From positions 3,810-67,809 of the IMG/VR virus record IMGVR_UViG_3300033069_000956: a stretch of DNA of 64,000 nucleotides. One strand, 5' to 3'. This document shows, one piece after another, positions 45,303 to 54,213 of this stretch. Under the pieces are notes generated by a model. The model ran no database searches. It saw nothing but the letters and a program-made list of their open reading frames with translations, and had not been told where the DNA came from. The position numbers and the translations under genes were made by a program. Each line of letters starts with the position of its first letter. Positions within the stretch are counted from its first letter, which is position 1. Source of the DNA: a virus. Taxonomy: Duplodnaviria; Caudoviricetes.

Positions 45303-45409
45303 GCGTCTATTTCTCAGACGATAGCCAACTCGTCGCAAAGCCGCATGCTACAAGGGCACTGCGCGCGGTTTAGCGCGTTTATTTTGTTGACCTATGTTTG
45401 AGGGCGCGA

Positions 45410-45988
45410 ATGGATCGGCCGGTACGGCGCACAACCCTGCAGGAACTGGACGAATCAGACGGTTTGCAAGGGCTTACGTCTAAACAGTACGCCTTCGCGG
45501 TGGCCTGCTTTTCCGGGCTCAACGATACAGACGCCTACCGTAAAGTTTACGACTGCCAAGGTATGACGGACACGTCCATACATGGCGCGGCTGCGCTCTT
45601 GTCCAAGCACCCGTTAGTTAACGCTAAACTAAAAGAACTAAGACTTAAAGTAGATAGCCAAACAACTCTTGCTCCATACTTAACAAGAGAATTGGTTATT
45701 AACGGAATACTAGGCCTCGCGACCAACTCTGACAAGGACTCAGTAAGATTGGCCGCTTATATTGCGCTCGGCAAAACCGTCGGCATCGATCTATTTAGGG
45801 AGGTGCACGTGACAGAAAAAATTACCCGCACACCCGAAGATGTTGACAAAGAATTGCTCAACCACATTAACAAACTCAAACCAATACTTGAGAGCACGGC
45901 CCGCGATGTCACGCCAGACAAGGGGGGTGTTGCCTCCGAACAATCGGGGGGTACTCGGCCCGATCGTCGGCGCAAGCCTGGCACGTGA
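45410..45988 (+). CDS. Terminase small subunit-like protein
   Basis: LTSKQYAFAVACFSGLNDTDAYRKVY HTH...VRLAAYIALGKTVGIDLF; lower GC. Confidence 0.7.
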   Translation: MDRPVRRTTLQELDESDGLQGLTSKQYAFAVACFSGLNDTDAYRKVYDCQGMTDTSIHGAAALLSKHPLVNAKLKELRLKVDSQTTLAPYLTRELVINGILGLATNSDKDSVRLAAYIALGKTVGIDLFREVHVTEKITRTPEDVDKELLNHINKLKPILESTARDVTPDKGGVASEQSGGTRPDRRRKPGT

Positions 45989-46194
45989 ACGGCTGCGCTC
46001 GGTTGCCTTGTGGTGACGGGCTTGGCTGTGGTCGGCTGTCAGGCTGAAGGCGGTTAGGTGTGAGCTGTCAGGTGCAAGGCTGACCTTTTGCGCCGGTTCC
46101 GGACCGGCGAGGGGGTGGCAGGTAGGGGAGGGACCTATAGGCTGGTTACCTCCTGCCTGTTCGATAATCATGCCTTGCAGCTCGCTCGATGCCA

Positions 46195-46325
46195 GAAAAT
46201 ATAGAAAAATCAAACGCCAAACCGCAACGAACCCCAAAAAATTTTCAGCAAAAATCTAAACGCCAAACCGGCTGGACGCTGACACCGCCCGGGCGGTAAG
46301 CTGAAAGCCTGAAAACTGAAACATC
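46195..46325. repeat. A-tract region with direct repeats
   Basis: AAACGCCAAACCG at 46212 and 46258; CTGAAA x3 near 46302-46322; several A5-6 tracts. Confidence 0.6.
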
Positions 46326-46356
46326 CAACCACCAGACCAAAAGGAACCCACCCCCG

Positions 46357-46599
46357 ATGAACATCCCCCGCCTGACCCGTGCCGAACTCCGCCGCGTCGA
46401 AGCGGTGCACGCCGCAGCCACGGCCTTTGCCAGCGGTCTTTATGAGACACAGGCCGAACTGTGGTCCCTTGCCGTGTTCTTCGAGCGGTTCATCGAGACC
46501 GGCGCCGAAGGCACGCTCGCCGACTTCGGGCCTCTGGACGACGATGAAGACCATGACGCCCCCGGCGCCAAGATCCTGCACATGGTGCCGCGCCCGTGA
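46357..46599 (+). CDS. Hypothetical protein
   Basis: 80 aa, AAAAGGAACC RBS. Confidence 0.6.
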   Translation: MNIPRLTRAELRRVEAVHAAATAFASGLYETQAELWSLAVFFERFIETGAEGTLADFGPLDDDEDHDAPGAKILHMVPRP

Positions 46600-46826
46600 C
46601 CGAAACCACCATCCAGCTCGACATCAAGACCCGCGCCATCCGCTCCGGTGACCGCTGGGCCGTGCAGCGGCTGAAACCGAACGGTGACTGGGACATGATC
46701 GCCAACTGGGCCGGCGGCCGACGGTCACTTGTGCACTGGTGCGAGCGCAATGACGTGCACCCGAGCCGCGCGGCCGAAGCACAGCTGGCCACCCTGCCGG
46801 AATCGCACGGGTTCCGCGACCGATGA
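46596..46826 (+). CDS. Hypothetical protein
   Basis: GTGA coupling, 76 aa. Confidence 0.55.
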   Translation: MTETTIQLDIKTRAIRSGDRWAVQRLKPNGDWDMIANWAGGRRSLVHWCERNDVHPSRAAEAQLATLPESHGFRDR

Positions 46827-46972
46827 GCCAGCAAGCCACCGCCCTGTTTGTCATCGTTGTCATCCTGCTCGGTATCGCCGGGCCCATCGCCGAGCGGTTC
46901 ATCCCGCCTCCCGCCAACCCCGGCGTGCATCGCGGCTCTGGTCCGGATGAAGGTGTCTTGCCGTACCAGTGA
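46823..46972 (+). CDS. Small membrane protein (49 aa, missed by ORF track)
   Basis: MSQQATALFVIVVILLGIAGPIAE...; ATGA coupling. Confidence 0.5.
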   Translation: MSQQATALFVIVVILLGIAGPIAERFIPPPANPGVHRGSGPDEGVLPYQ

Positions 46973-47029
46973 CCGCGTGCTAGGTATCAAAGCCATAATT
47001 CTGGTTGCTACCGCCGTCGCAAGGACACC

Positions 47030-47323
47030 ATGCCGCACGTCATCGACCCTACGTTACGCCCGCTCCACGCCAAGATATACGAGGCCATTCGCGAGCATTG
47101 GCTGACCAGCGGCCAGGGTCCAAGCAAGCTGGAACTGATGCGCGCCTGTGGCGTTAGCATGACCACGGTGATCCAGGCGACCAATGAGTTGCGTCGGCGC
47201 GGCTTCGTGCTGGCGCCGAAATTTTCTGTTCGCGGCATCAAGCCGACCGACATGGAGCGCACCGTCTCGACCAAACCGCTCGACCCGTGGGCCGAGCTCG
47301 ACGACGCCCCGCAACGCTACTGA
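47030..47323 (+). CDS. LexA-DNA-binding-domain-like winged HTH protein
   Basis: KIYEAIREHWLTSGQGPSKLELMRACGVSMTTV.....ELRRRGF. Confidence 0.7.
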   Translation: MPHVIDPTLRPLHAKIYEAIREHWLTSGQGPSKLELMRACGVSMTTVIQATNELRRRGFVLAPKFSVRGIKPTDMERTVSTKPLDPWAELDDAPQRY

Positions 47324-47340
47324 TCCCGAAAGGACGCCCT

Positions 47341-47817
47341 ATGCCCATTACACCTGACAAGATCCGCCATAACGCCTTCAGCGAGAACCTGAAGACGGAC
47401 TTCATTGCTGTCGATGCCGGCGGTAATATCCTGACCCGGGCCTCGACCGAGGCGGCGGCACGGCACGCAGCCCCCGACGCCGACGCGATCTTCACCGGCA
47501 AGGACCTGACCCACGGCCACAAGGCGCGCCCCGAACAGGCGAGCCACGATGACGCCCTGGCCAAGGTCGTCAAGCAGGTCGACCCGGCCGTGCTCGAGGA
47601 TTACAAGGTGCCTGAGACCCCGGCGGCCGAGACCGTCGTGCCGCCCGCGATCACGCCGGCTGCGCTCCCCGACGCGCCTGCACCGACGGAAACCGTACCG
47701 GCCGCGCATTTCCCGGCGCCGGCCGAACAGCCGGAAACCGGCACCTTCGACCACGATGGTGACGGCAAGCCCGGCGGGTCGCGCCCGAAGGGTAACCGCC
47801 AGCGCAAGCCGGCGTAA
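47341..47817 (+). CDS. Pro/Ala-rich hypothetical protein
   Basis: ATG 47341 after AAAGGA; C-terminal DHDGDGKPGGS motif. Confidence 0.6.
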   Translation: MPITPDKIRHNAFSENLKTDFIAVDAGGNILTRASTEAAARHAAPDADAIFTGKDLTHGHKARPEQASHDDALAKVVKQVDPAVLEDYKVPETPAAETVVPPAITPAALPDAPAPTETVPAAHFPAPAEQPETGTFDHDGDGKPGGSRPKGNRQRKPA

Positions 47818-47879
47818 CAGACGACCGACTTTTCTTGTGCCCGGGTTCACCCCGGGCACATGCACATCAGGGACCGATA

Positions 47880-48434
47880 ATGACCGAATACCGTTACCGC
47901 TGGATGCGGGTGGCGGGGCCAAAGGGCCCACCGACCAAACACCCCGCCGCGCAGCATGACCGTCGACCATCGCGGTACGCTGTAGAGTACCATAACCGCC
48001 GGAAAAAGAAGGGTTGGGAACTGGTTCCCGCCGAAGAATACCCCATGCCGGACCCCGGTTATGCCGGGCTCGCGCTTATGCGTATCCCCGAAGCCAAGGC
48101 GGCAAAACTTGACGCCAAGATCTTCGCCGCAACACAACACGAGTTGCACGGCAGGGGGTCACCCGCAGCGCATTGGCTGCGCGGCCAGACCGAAGCCAGC
48201 CCCCGGTTCGTGGAAAACGCGGCGCAACACCGGCCGCTCACCCCCGAGACCATCGCGGCGCTGCCGGAAATCATACCGGACGACATGTGCGAAAGTGTCC
48301 AGGCGTACATCGAGGACATCATGGTCAACACGACATGGGACGCTGACGTGCTGGACAAGATCAACGCGCTCCGGGCGCGGATGAAACGCAGGCTGTACAG
48401 CGTGACGGCGACCGGCGCATTGCAGATCGAGTAG
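47880..48434 (+). CDS. Hypothetical protein
   Basis: ATG 47880 after AGGGA. Confidence 0.5.
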   Translation: MTEYRYRWMRVAGPKGPPTKHPAAQHDRRPSRYAVEYHNRRKKKGWELVPAEEYPMPDPGYAGLALMRIPEAKAAKLDAKIFAATQHELHGRGSPAAHWLRGQTEASPRFVENAAQHRPLTPETIAALPEIIPDDMCESVQAYIEDIMVNTTWDADVLDKINALRARMKRRLYSVTATGALQIE

Positions 48435-48457
48435 GCGGCAAGGTATAGCATTACCAG

Positions 48458-51106
48458 ATGATCTCAGACGCAGACCTCAGACAGCTCGAACGGCAATTGC
48501 CCAACCTGGACCCGGAGCACAAGCGCCGGGTGCTAGAGCTTCTGGAAGAGCGCGATCGCGTGCGCCAACTTCAAGAAGCGCGCGACCATTTCTTGCCCTT
48601 CGTGAAGATGATGTGGCCCGAGTTTATCCCCGGCGCGCATCATACCATCATGGCGGAGGCGTTTGAAAAGATCGCCAGCGGTGAGCTAAAGCGCCTGATC
48701 ATCAATATGCCGCCTCGTTTTACCAAGAGCGAACTATCCAGTTGGCTGCTACCCGCATGGCTGATCGGTAAGCGCCCAACCAGCAAGGTTATCCAGGCAT
48801 CAAACACCGAAGCACTGGCCTCTGGGTTTGGCCGTAAGGTTCGCAACCTGATCAGCGGCGAGGGCGGCGACACGGAACAGACCGATCATCCGTTCAGCCA
48901 AGTGTTCCCCGATGTATGGCTGGCAAAGGATAGCCAGGCCGCGGCCGGGTGGCATACGAACCGTGGCGGGGAATATTTCGCCATCGGTGTCAATGGTAAA
49001 GTGACCGGAAAAGGCGCGAATTGCGCATATTTCTCCTGCAAGTGCCTGACTAAGCGGGGCTATATTCTCATCGCCGACGTGCGTGTCGGCGACGAGGTAC
49101 TCGGATATGACCATCGAACAGAAACACCTACGTGGACAACCGTCCGTGCAATCAGCACGCAACGAAAGCCGGAAATCCTCAATGTCTCCGGATTTGTATG
49201 CACCCCCGAACACCGAGTATATACCCGGCGGGGTTATCGACGGGCGCTGGCAGCCCGACATGATAAGAGCGACCTGCTCACGCTGCGAGAAGAGCTTTAT
49301 CCGGGCGGCGAAGGAGTACCGGGCGCACTTCAAGAAGGCTGGCGTCCGAGCGCAGAAGACGTATTGTTCAGACGCGTGTCGGAGGAACCCCGCGACGTTC
49401 ACCTGCCCCCAATGTGGGGGCTGGAAAGCGCAGATGGCGGTCACCTGCAAGCCCTGCTACCTGAAGGACAAGCACGTGCATCTGGCGTGCAAGAACTGCT
49501 CAAAAGAGTTCAAGCGCCCAAAGTCCATGCAAGACAAGAGCGATCGGCTGGCTGGCTTCAGTGGCAACCATTTCTGCACCCGGAACTGCTATCTGGAGTA
49601 CTACGCGGCGAACCCGAAACCTTCGACTGCAGTGGCCACCGGCGCGTGCAAAATATGCAGCGAACCAGTTCTGAGAAAGGGCGGGAAGTATTGCTCTATG
49701 AAATGCTATTCGGAGCGAGCCAAGGTTCGAGACGCGCCTTACACGGGAGCGTGGAATCAAGAGCGGGCGCGGACCAAGAAGCGCTTCAATGGGCAGTGCG
49801 CGGTATGCGATCGGACAATGGACCGCGTGCAGGTGCATCATATCGACCACGACTCGACGAACCATACCGCGGTGAATTTGGTGCTGCTATGCGAGCCGTG
49901 CCACGGGTTTTATCATCAACGCGCGTCGGAGACAGTGCGAGCCATGTTGAAGGTGCACTTCACGGCCCTGGCCACTGGGTCGTAGACCTCCAGACGGATA
50001 GCGAGAACTTCTTCTGCGAAGGAGTTCTCGTCCACAACTGCGCGATAATCGACGACGCGCATTCCGAGCAGGAAGCCAAACAGGCGGAGTCAAACCCCGC
50101 CGTCTACGATACTGTTTGGGAATGGTACTCATCCGGCGTTCGTCAGCGTTTACAGCCCGGCGGGGCCATAGTCATCCCGATGACACGCTGGAGCAAAAAG
50201 GACCTGACAGGCCGACTGGTAAAACAGATGCAGGACGCCACGGGGCTCGCCGACAAATGGGAGGTGATATCCTTCCCGGCGATCCTCGACGAAGGTGAGC
50301 CGACGGAACGGTCCATGTGGCCAGGGTTCTGGCCCTTGGAAGAACTTCAGCGGACGCGCGCCGCGCTCCCGGTTGCCAAGTGGTCCGCACAGTACCTTCA
50401 GAACCCGGTCTCCGAGCAGGCCGCTATTCTCAAGCGCGAGTACTGGCGGCGTTGGGGGGATGACGACAAGGAACGTTGCCCCGGGCCCATGCACGCTGCC
50501 GCGTGGCAGAACGGCGACCCTCCGGCCTGCGATTACATCATTGGCAGTTGGGACTGCGCGTCGACAAAGAATGAGCGTAGCCATCCAAGCGCCTATACGT
50601 TGTGGGGGGTGTTCAAGGCTGAAGACCCTGATACCGGCAAGACGGTCAACAACATCATCCTGCTTTCGTCCTTCACCGCCCGCATGGAATTCCCCGAGCT
50701 CAAGAAACGCGCCAGGGAGTTTTACGACGAGGATAACCCAGACACGCTGTTGATCGAAAACAAGGCTGCCGGCATCCAGCTGTTGCAGGAGTTCCGCGCC
50801 ATGGGCATACCGGCGGAAGATTTCTCCGGGTCTAGTCGAGGCACAAAATCTTTGCCGAACGATAAGATCGCGCGCGCCAACATGGTCGTTGACATCTTCG
50901 CGTCCAAATACGTCTGGGCCCCTAATCGGCGCTTCGCCGACGTCGTGATCGAGGAGTGCGCCAGCTTCCCTGCGGGGGACACAGACGACCTCGTGGACAG
51001 CACGGTACAAGCGATGATACGTTTCCGGCAGGGCGGTTTCATCCGCACCGCCAATGATGAACCCGAGGAAGAGCCCGTGCGCAGGCACCGCAAGAGGTAC
51101 TACTGA
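48458..51106 (+). CDS. terL: Terminase large subunit with intein
   Basis: IINMPPRFTKS Walker A, IIDDAH Walker B, MTRWSKKDL, nuclease WDCA / IENKAAG / DDLVDSTVQA. Confidence 0.93.
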   Translation: MISDADLRQLERQLPNLDPEHKRRVLELLEERDRVRQLQEARDHFLPFVKMMWPEFIPGAHHTIMAEAFEKIASGELKRLIINMPPRFTKSELSSWLLPAWLIGKRPTSKVIQASNTEALASGFGRKVRNLISGEGGDTEQTDHPFSQVFPDVWLAKDSQAAAGWHTNRGGEYFAIGVNGKVTGKGANCAYFSCKCLTKRGYILIADVRVGDEVLGYDHRTETPTWTTVRAISTQRKPEILNVSGFVCTPEHRVYTRRGYRRALAARHDKSDLLTLREELYPGGEGVPGALQEGWRPSAEDVLFRRVSEEPRDVHLPPMWGLESADGGHLQALLPEGQARASGVQELLKRVQAPKVHARQERSAGWLQWQPFLHPELLSGVLRGEPETFDCSGHRRVQNMQRTSSEKGREVLLYEMLFGASQGSRRALHGSVESRAGADQEALQWAVRGMRSDNGPRAGASYRPRLDEPYRGEFGAAMRAVPRVLSSTRVGDSASHVEGALHGPGHWVVDLQTDSENFFCEGVLVHNCAIIDDAHSEQEAKQAESNPAVYDTVWEWYSSGVRQRLQPGGAIVIPMTRWSKKDLTGRLVKQMQDATGLADKWEVISFPAILDEGEPTERSMWPGFWPLEELQRTRAALPVAKWSAQYLQNPVSEQAAILKREYWRRWGDDDKERCPGPMHAAAWQNGDPPACDYIIGSWDCASTKNERSHPSAYTLWGVFKAEDPDTGKTVNNIILLSSFTARMEFPELKKRAREFYDEDNPDTLLIENKAAGIQLLQEFRAMGIPAEDFSGSSRGTKSLPNDKIARANMVVDIFASKYVWAPNRRFADVVIEECASFPAGDTDDLVDSTVQAMIRFRQGGFIRTANDEPEEEPVRRHRKRYY
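49022..50038 (+). mobile_element. Intein (339 aa) in TerL, no in-frame endonuclease
   Basis: Block A CAYFSCKCLTKRG...DVRVGDEV, block B TPEHRV, blocks F/G VVDLQTDSENFFCEGVLVHN, +1 Cys; splicing restores TGKGAN-CAIIDD. Confidence 0.92.
49260..49985 (+). CDS. Overprinted multi-Zn-finger HNH endonuclease in +1 frame of the intein
   Basis: CSRC..YCSDAC, CPQC..CKPC, CKNC..FCTRNC, CKIC..YCSMKC, then CAVC...VHHIDHDSTNHTAVNLVLLCEPCH. Confidence 0.88.
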   Translation: MIRATCSRCEKSFIRAAKEYRAHFKKAGVRAQKTYCSDACRRNPATFTCPQCGGWKAQMAVTCKPCYLKDKHVHLACKNCSKEFKRPKSMQDKSDRLAGFSGNHFCTRNCYLEYYAANPKPSTAVATGACKICSEPVLRKGGKYCSMKCYSERAKVRDAPYTGAWNQERARTKKRFNGQCAVCDRTMDRVQVHHIDHDSTNHTAVNLVLLCEPCHGFYHQRASETVRAMLKVHFTALATGS

Positions 51107-53589
51107 TGGCTGACGCGGCAACCAAAGGGCAGGGCGCCGAGCGCGCCGACCCGGCAAACCTCGACATCAATCTCGCCGTGGCGCTGCCACAGGACGATGG
51201 CGGGGTCGTCATTGATTTCGACGGACCGCAGGAAGAACTGGCCGCCCCGCTCGGGTTCGCCGACAATATCACGCCATTGTTCACCGATCAGCGCCTGCAG
51301 GCCATCGGCCACGATATCGTGGATCTCGTCAACCAGGATGAGCGCAGCCGCGCCGAATGGAAGAAGACCTACGCCAACGGCCTGAAACTGCTCGGCCTGC
51401 AATACGAGCAGCGCACCGAACCGTGGCAGAACGCCTGCGGGGCCTTCCACCCCATGCTGCTTGAGAGCGTCATCCGTTTCAACGCCCAGGCGATGATGGA
51501 CATCTTTCCCGGCGCCGGCCCGGTCAAGACGGACATCGTCGGCAAGATCACCCCGGAAAAGGAACGCCAGGCCGGGCGCGTGCGCACCGACCTCAACTAC
51601 CTCGCCACCGAAAAGATCACCGGCTACCGGTCTGAAACGGACATGATGCTGTTCAACCTGCCGCTGGCCGGGACGACGTTCCGCAAGTGGGGGTTCGACC
51701 AGCAGCGCCGGGTGCCGTGGGCCGAGTATGTGCTGCCCGAACACGTCGTCATGCCCTATACCGCGTCGAGCCTCGAAAGCTCGCCGCGTTTCGCCGTCAT
51801 CCTGCCGACCACCCGCAACAAGGTCGAGTCGCAGATGGCCAGCGGGTTCTACCGTACGGTCGAGCTCGGGACGCCGACGCTCAAGAATGACGAGATCACC
51901 GAGGCCAAGGACAAGATCGACGGGCGTTCCAATTCCAACACGGCCGATGACAACCTGTTCCGGCTCTATGAAAGCCACATCGACTACTACCTGCCCGAAG
52001 ACAACACCACCACTGACGCTCTGCCGCACCCTTACATCGTCACGGTGGATTCGACATCGAACAAGGTGCTGTCGATCCGGCGCAATTGGAAAGAAGGCGA
52101 TACTGCCTTCGAGCGCCAGGTCAGCCTGGTCCAGCACAAGTACATGCCCGGCTTCGGCCCCTATGGTATCGGCCTGATCAATATCCTCGGCGGCCTGACC
52201 GAGAGCGCCACGTCCATCCTGCGCCAACTGGTCGACGCCGGGACGCTCAAGAACCTCCCTGCCGGCTACAAGACCAAGCAGGCCCGGGTCAAGGACGACT
52301 CGTCACCGATCGGCCCGGGTGAATGGCGCGACGTCGATATCGGCGCCGGCACGCTGCGCGACAGCTTCTTCCCGCTGCCCTATGGCGAGCCATCCGTTGT
52401 CCTGCATCAGTTGCTCGGGCAGATCGTCGATGAAGGGCGCCGCATCGGCTCCGTCGCCGACATGAAGATCACCGATATGACCGGCCAGAATATGCCGGTC
52501 GGGACGACGCTCGCCATCATCGAGCGCTCGATGAAGGTGATGAGCGCCGTCCAGCAGCGGCTCTACGAGAGCTTCAAGAACGAGTTCAAGGTCTTCGCCG
52601 AGATCGTCAAGGACTTCATGTCCGAACTGCCCTACGATTTCGAGGTCGACCAGCGCGACGCAGCGGCGTCCCGCATGACGGACTACGACGACAAGGTCGA
52701 CATCATCCCGGTGGCCGACCCCAACGCCACGACCATGGCGCAGCGCATCATGGTCATGCAGTCCATCATCCAGCTCACCCAGACCGCGCCGCAAATCTAC
52801 AACCTGCCCAACGTCCACCGCGACATGATCACGGTGTTGGGCAGCGACAAGGCGGATTTCTATATCCCGCCGCCCGAGGACGTTCTGCCCCGCGACCCGG
52901 TGACCGAGAACATGGACATCCTGAACGGACGCCCGGTCAAGGCGGGCCCGGCCCAGGATCATGCCGCCCATATCACGGTACACATGGCCGCCGCCCAGGA
53001 CCCCAAGATTACCCAGATGCTGACCAACAACCCCAGCGCCCCGGCGATCATGGCGGCGGCCAACGCCCATGTCCTCGAGCACATGGCGTTCCAGTACCGC
53101 GACGAGATCGAACAGCAGCTCGGCGTGCCGTTGCCGCCGCCCGGCGAACCGCTGCCCGAAGATGTCGAATACCAGCTCAGCCGCCTGGCCGCCGCAGCCG
53201 CCGGCAAGCTGCTCGACAAGAACACTGCCGAAGCGCAGCAGCAGAAGATCCAGGAACAGCTCGAAGACCCGGTCATCCAGAACGAACGGATGAGCCAGGA
53301 AAACAAGCGCATGGCCGAAGAGACGCGGCACCTCAAGGTGCTCGGCGAACTCGAAGCCAAGGACAAAGACCGAATTGAGCGCATCCTGACCACTATCTTC
53401 AAGGAGATGAGCGAGACCGAACGCTCGACGCTGCAGGCTGAAATCCAGAAGGGCGAGCAGGCCAGCAACGAGCAACTGCGCACCGCCGAAATTGCGTCGG
53501 ACCTCGGTCAGGGCATGATGGGCAAGGTCGCTGACCTGCTGATCACGCGCATCCGATCCGATGAAACCAGAAAAAGGAACCAACCATGA
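51106..53589 (+). CDS. Portal protein
   Basis: 827 aa directly after TerL; SRAEWKKTY..GLKLLG, HPMLLESVIRF, PGFGPYGIGLI, LVDAGTL.NLPAG, PVGTTLA. Confidence 0.88.
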   Translation: MADAATKGQGAERADPANLDINLAVALPQDDGGVVIDFDGPQEELAAPLGFADNITPLFTDQRLQAIGHDIVDLVNQDERSRAEWKKTYANGLKLLGLQYEQRTEPWQNACGAFHPMLLESVIRFNAQAMMDIFPGAGPVKTDIVGKITPEKERQAGRVRTDLNYLATEKITGYRSETDMMLFNLPLAGTTFRKWGFDQQRRVPWAEYVLPEHVVMPYTASSLESSPRFAVILPTTRNKVESQMASGFYRTVELGTPTLKNDEITEAKDKIDGRSNSNTADDNLFRLYESHIDYYLPEDNTTTDALPHPYIVTVDSTSNKVLSIRRNWKEGDTAFERQVSLVQHKYMPGFGPYGIGLINILGGLTESATSILRQLVDAGTLKNLPAGYKTKQARVKDDSSPIGPGEWRDVDIGAGTLRDSFFPLPYGEPSVVLHQLLGQIVDEGRRIGSVADMKITDMTGQNMPVGTTLAIIERSMKVMSAVQQRLYESFKNEFKVFAEIVKDFMSELPYDFEVDQRDAAASRMTDYDDKVDIIPVADPNATTMAQRIMVMQSIIQLTQTAPQIYNLPNVHRDMITVLGSDKADFYIPPPEDVLPRDPVTENMDILNGRPVKAGPAQDHAAHITVHMAAAQDPKITQMLTNNPSAPAIMAAANAHVLEHMAFQYRDEIEQQLGVPLPPPGEPLPEDVEYQLSRLAAAAAGKLLDKNTAEAQQQKIQEQLEDPVIQNERMSQENKRMAEETRHLKVLGELEAKDKDRIERILTTIFKEMSETERSTLQAEIQKGEQASNEQLRTAEIASDLGQGMMGKVADLLITRIRSDETRKRNQP

Positions 53590-53777
53590 GCCGTCTTGAA
53601 CAGGAACTGCGCACCAAACTCGACCAGGCTATCGGAATAATGCTGGCGGGTGCCGCCGCCGACTACGCTGCCTACGCCTCAATCGTGGCGCGCTATCGCG
53701 TGCTCAAGGAACTGACCGATTTCGTGGATGAGCTGCGAAAAGAAAACACTTTTGGAGACCCCGACACCGATGACTAG
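53586..53777 (+). CDS. Small hypothetical protein
   Basis: 63 aa; AAAAAGGAACC RBS; ADYAAYASIV...LKE. Confidence 0.7.
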   Translation: MSRLEQELRTKLDQAIGIMLAGAAADYAAYASIVARYRVLKELTDFVDELRKENTFGDPDTDD

Positions 53778-54213
53778 CAACGCTGCAAAGAGCTTTCCCA
53801 AGCTCGCAAACCCCCCTGTGACGGCGGCAGGACCACGATCAGATCTCGACAGCGACACCGAAATGGTGATCCTGCCCGACCCGGTCGGACACTTCATGCT
53901 GATCGCCCTCCCCACGCTGGCCGAAATGACCGCAGGCGGCATCATCATCCCTCACGCCGTCAACGAACGGGAGCGCGCCGCCTCAGTGGTCGGCACCGTT
54001 CTGGCCATGGGCAAGTCCTGCTACAAGGACAAGACCCGGTTTCCTGACGGCCCGTGGTGCAAGGAAGGCGACAAGGTGCTCTTCTCGCGCTACCAGGGCA
54101 TGCGCTTCAAGTCCAAGGATACGGTGAGCGGCGAGATGGTCGAGTACCGTATGCTGGCCGATGACGCCATTGTCGGCGTGGCGCCGATCGGCGCAGACGT
54201 TGGAGGTCTCTGA
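53770..54213 (+). CDS. groES: GroES (Cpn10)-like co-chaperonin
   Basis: P.GHFMLI...TAGGIII....GTVLAMG...CKEGDKVLFSRYQG...EYRMLADDAIVGV. Confidence 0.85.
   Translation: MTSNAAKSFPKLANPPVTAAGPRSDLDSDTEMVILPDPVGHFMLIALPTLAEMTAGGIIIPHAVNERERAASVVGTVLAMGKSCYKDKTRFPDGPWCKEGDKVLFSRYQGMRFKSKDTVSGEMVEYRMLADDAIVGVAPIGADVGGL

Noticed and set aside
45600-45640. CtrA box (TTAA-N7-TTAA) candidates here and near 43030
   Set aside because: Only partial half-site matches, one inside coding sequence; not distinguishable from chance in AT-rich DNA.
47836-47860. GTGCCCGGG-TTCA-CCCGGGCAC hairpin as terminator
   Set aside because: No U-tract follows the stem on either strand; function unclear.
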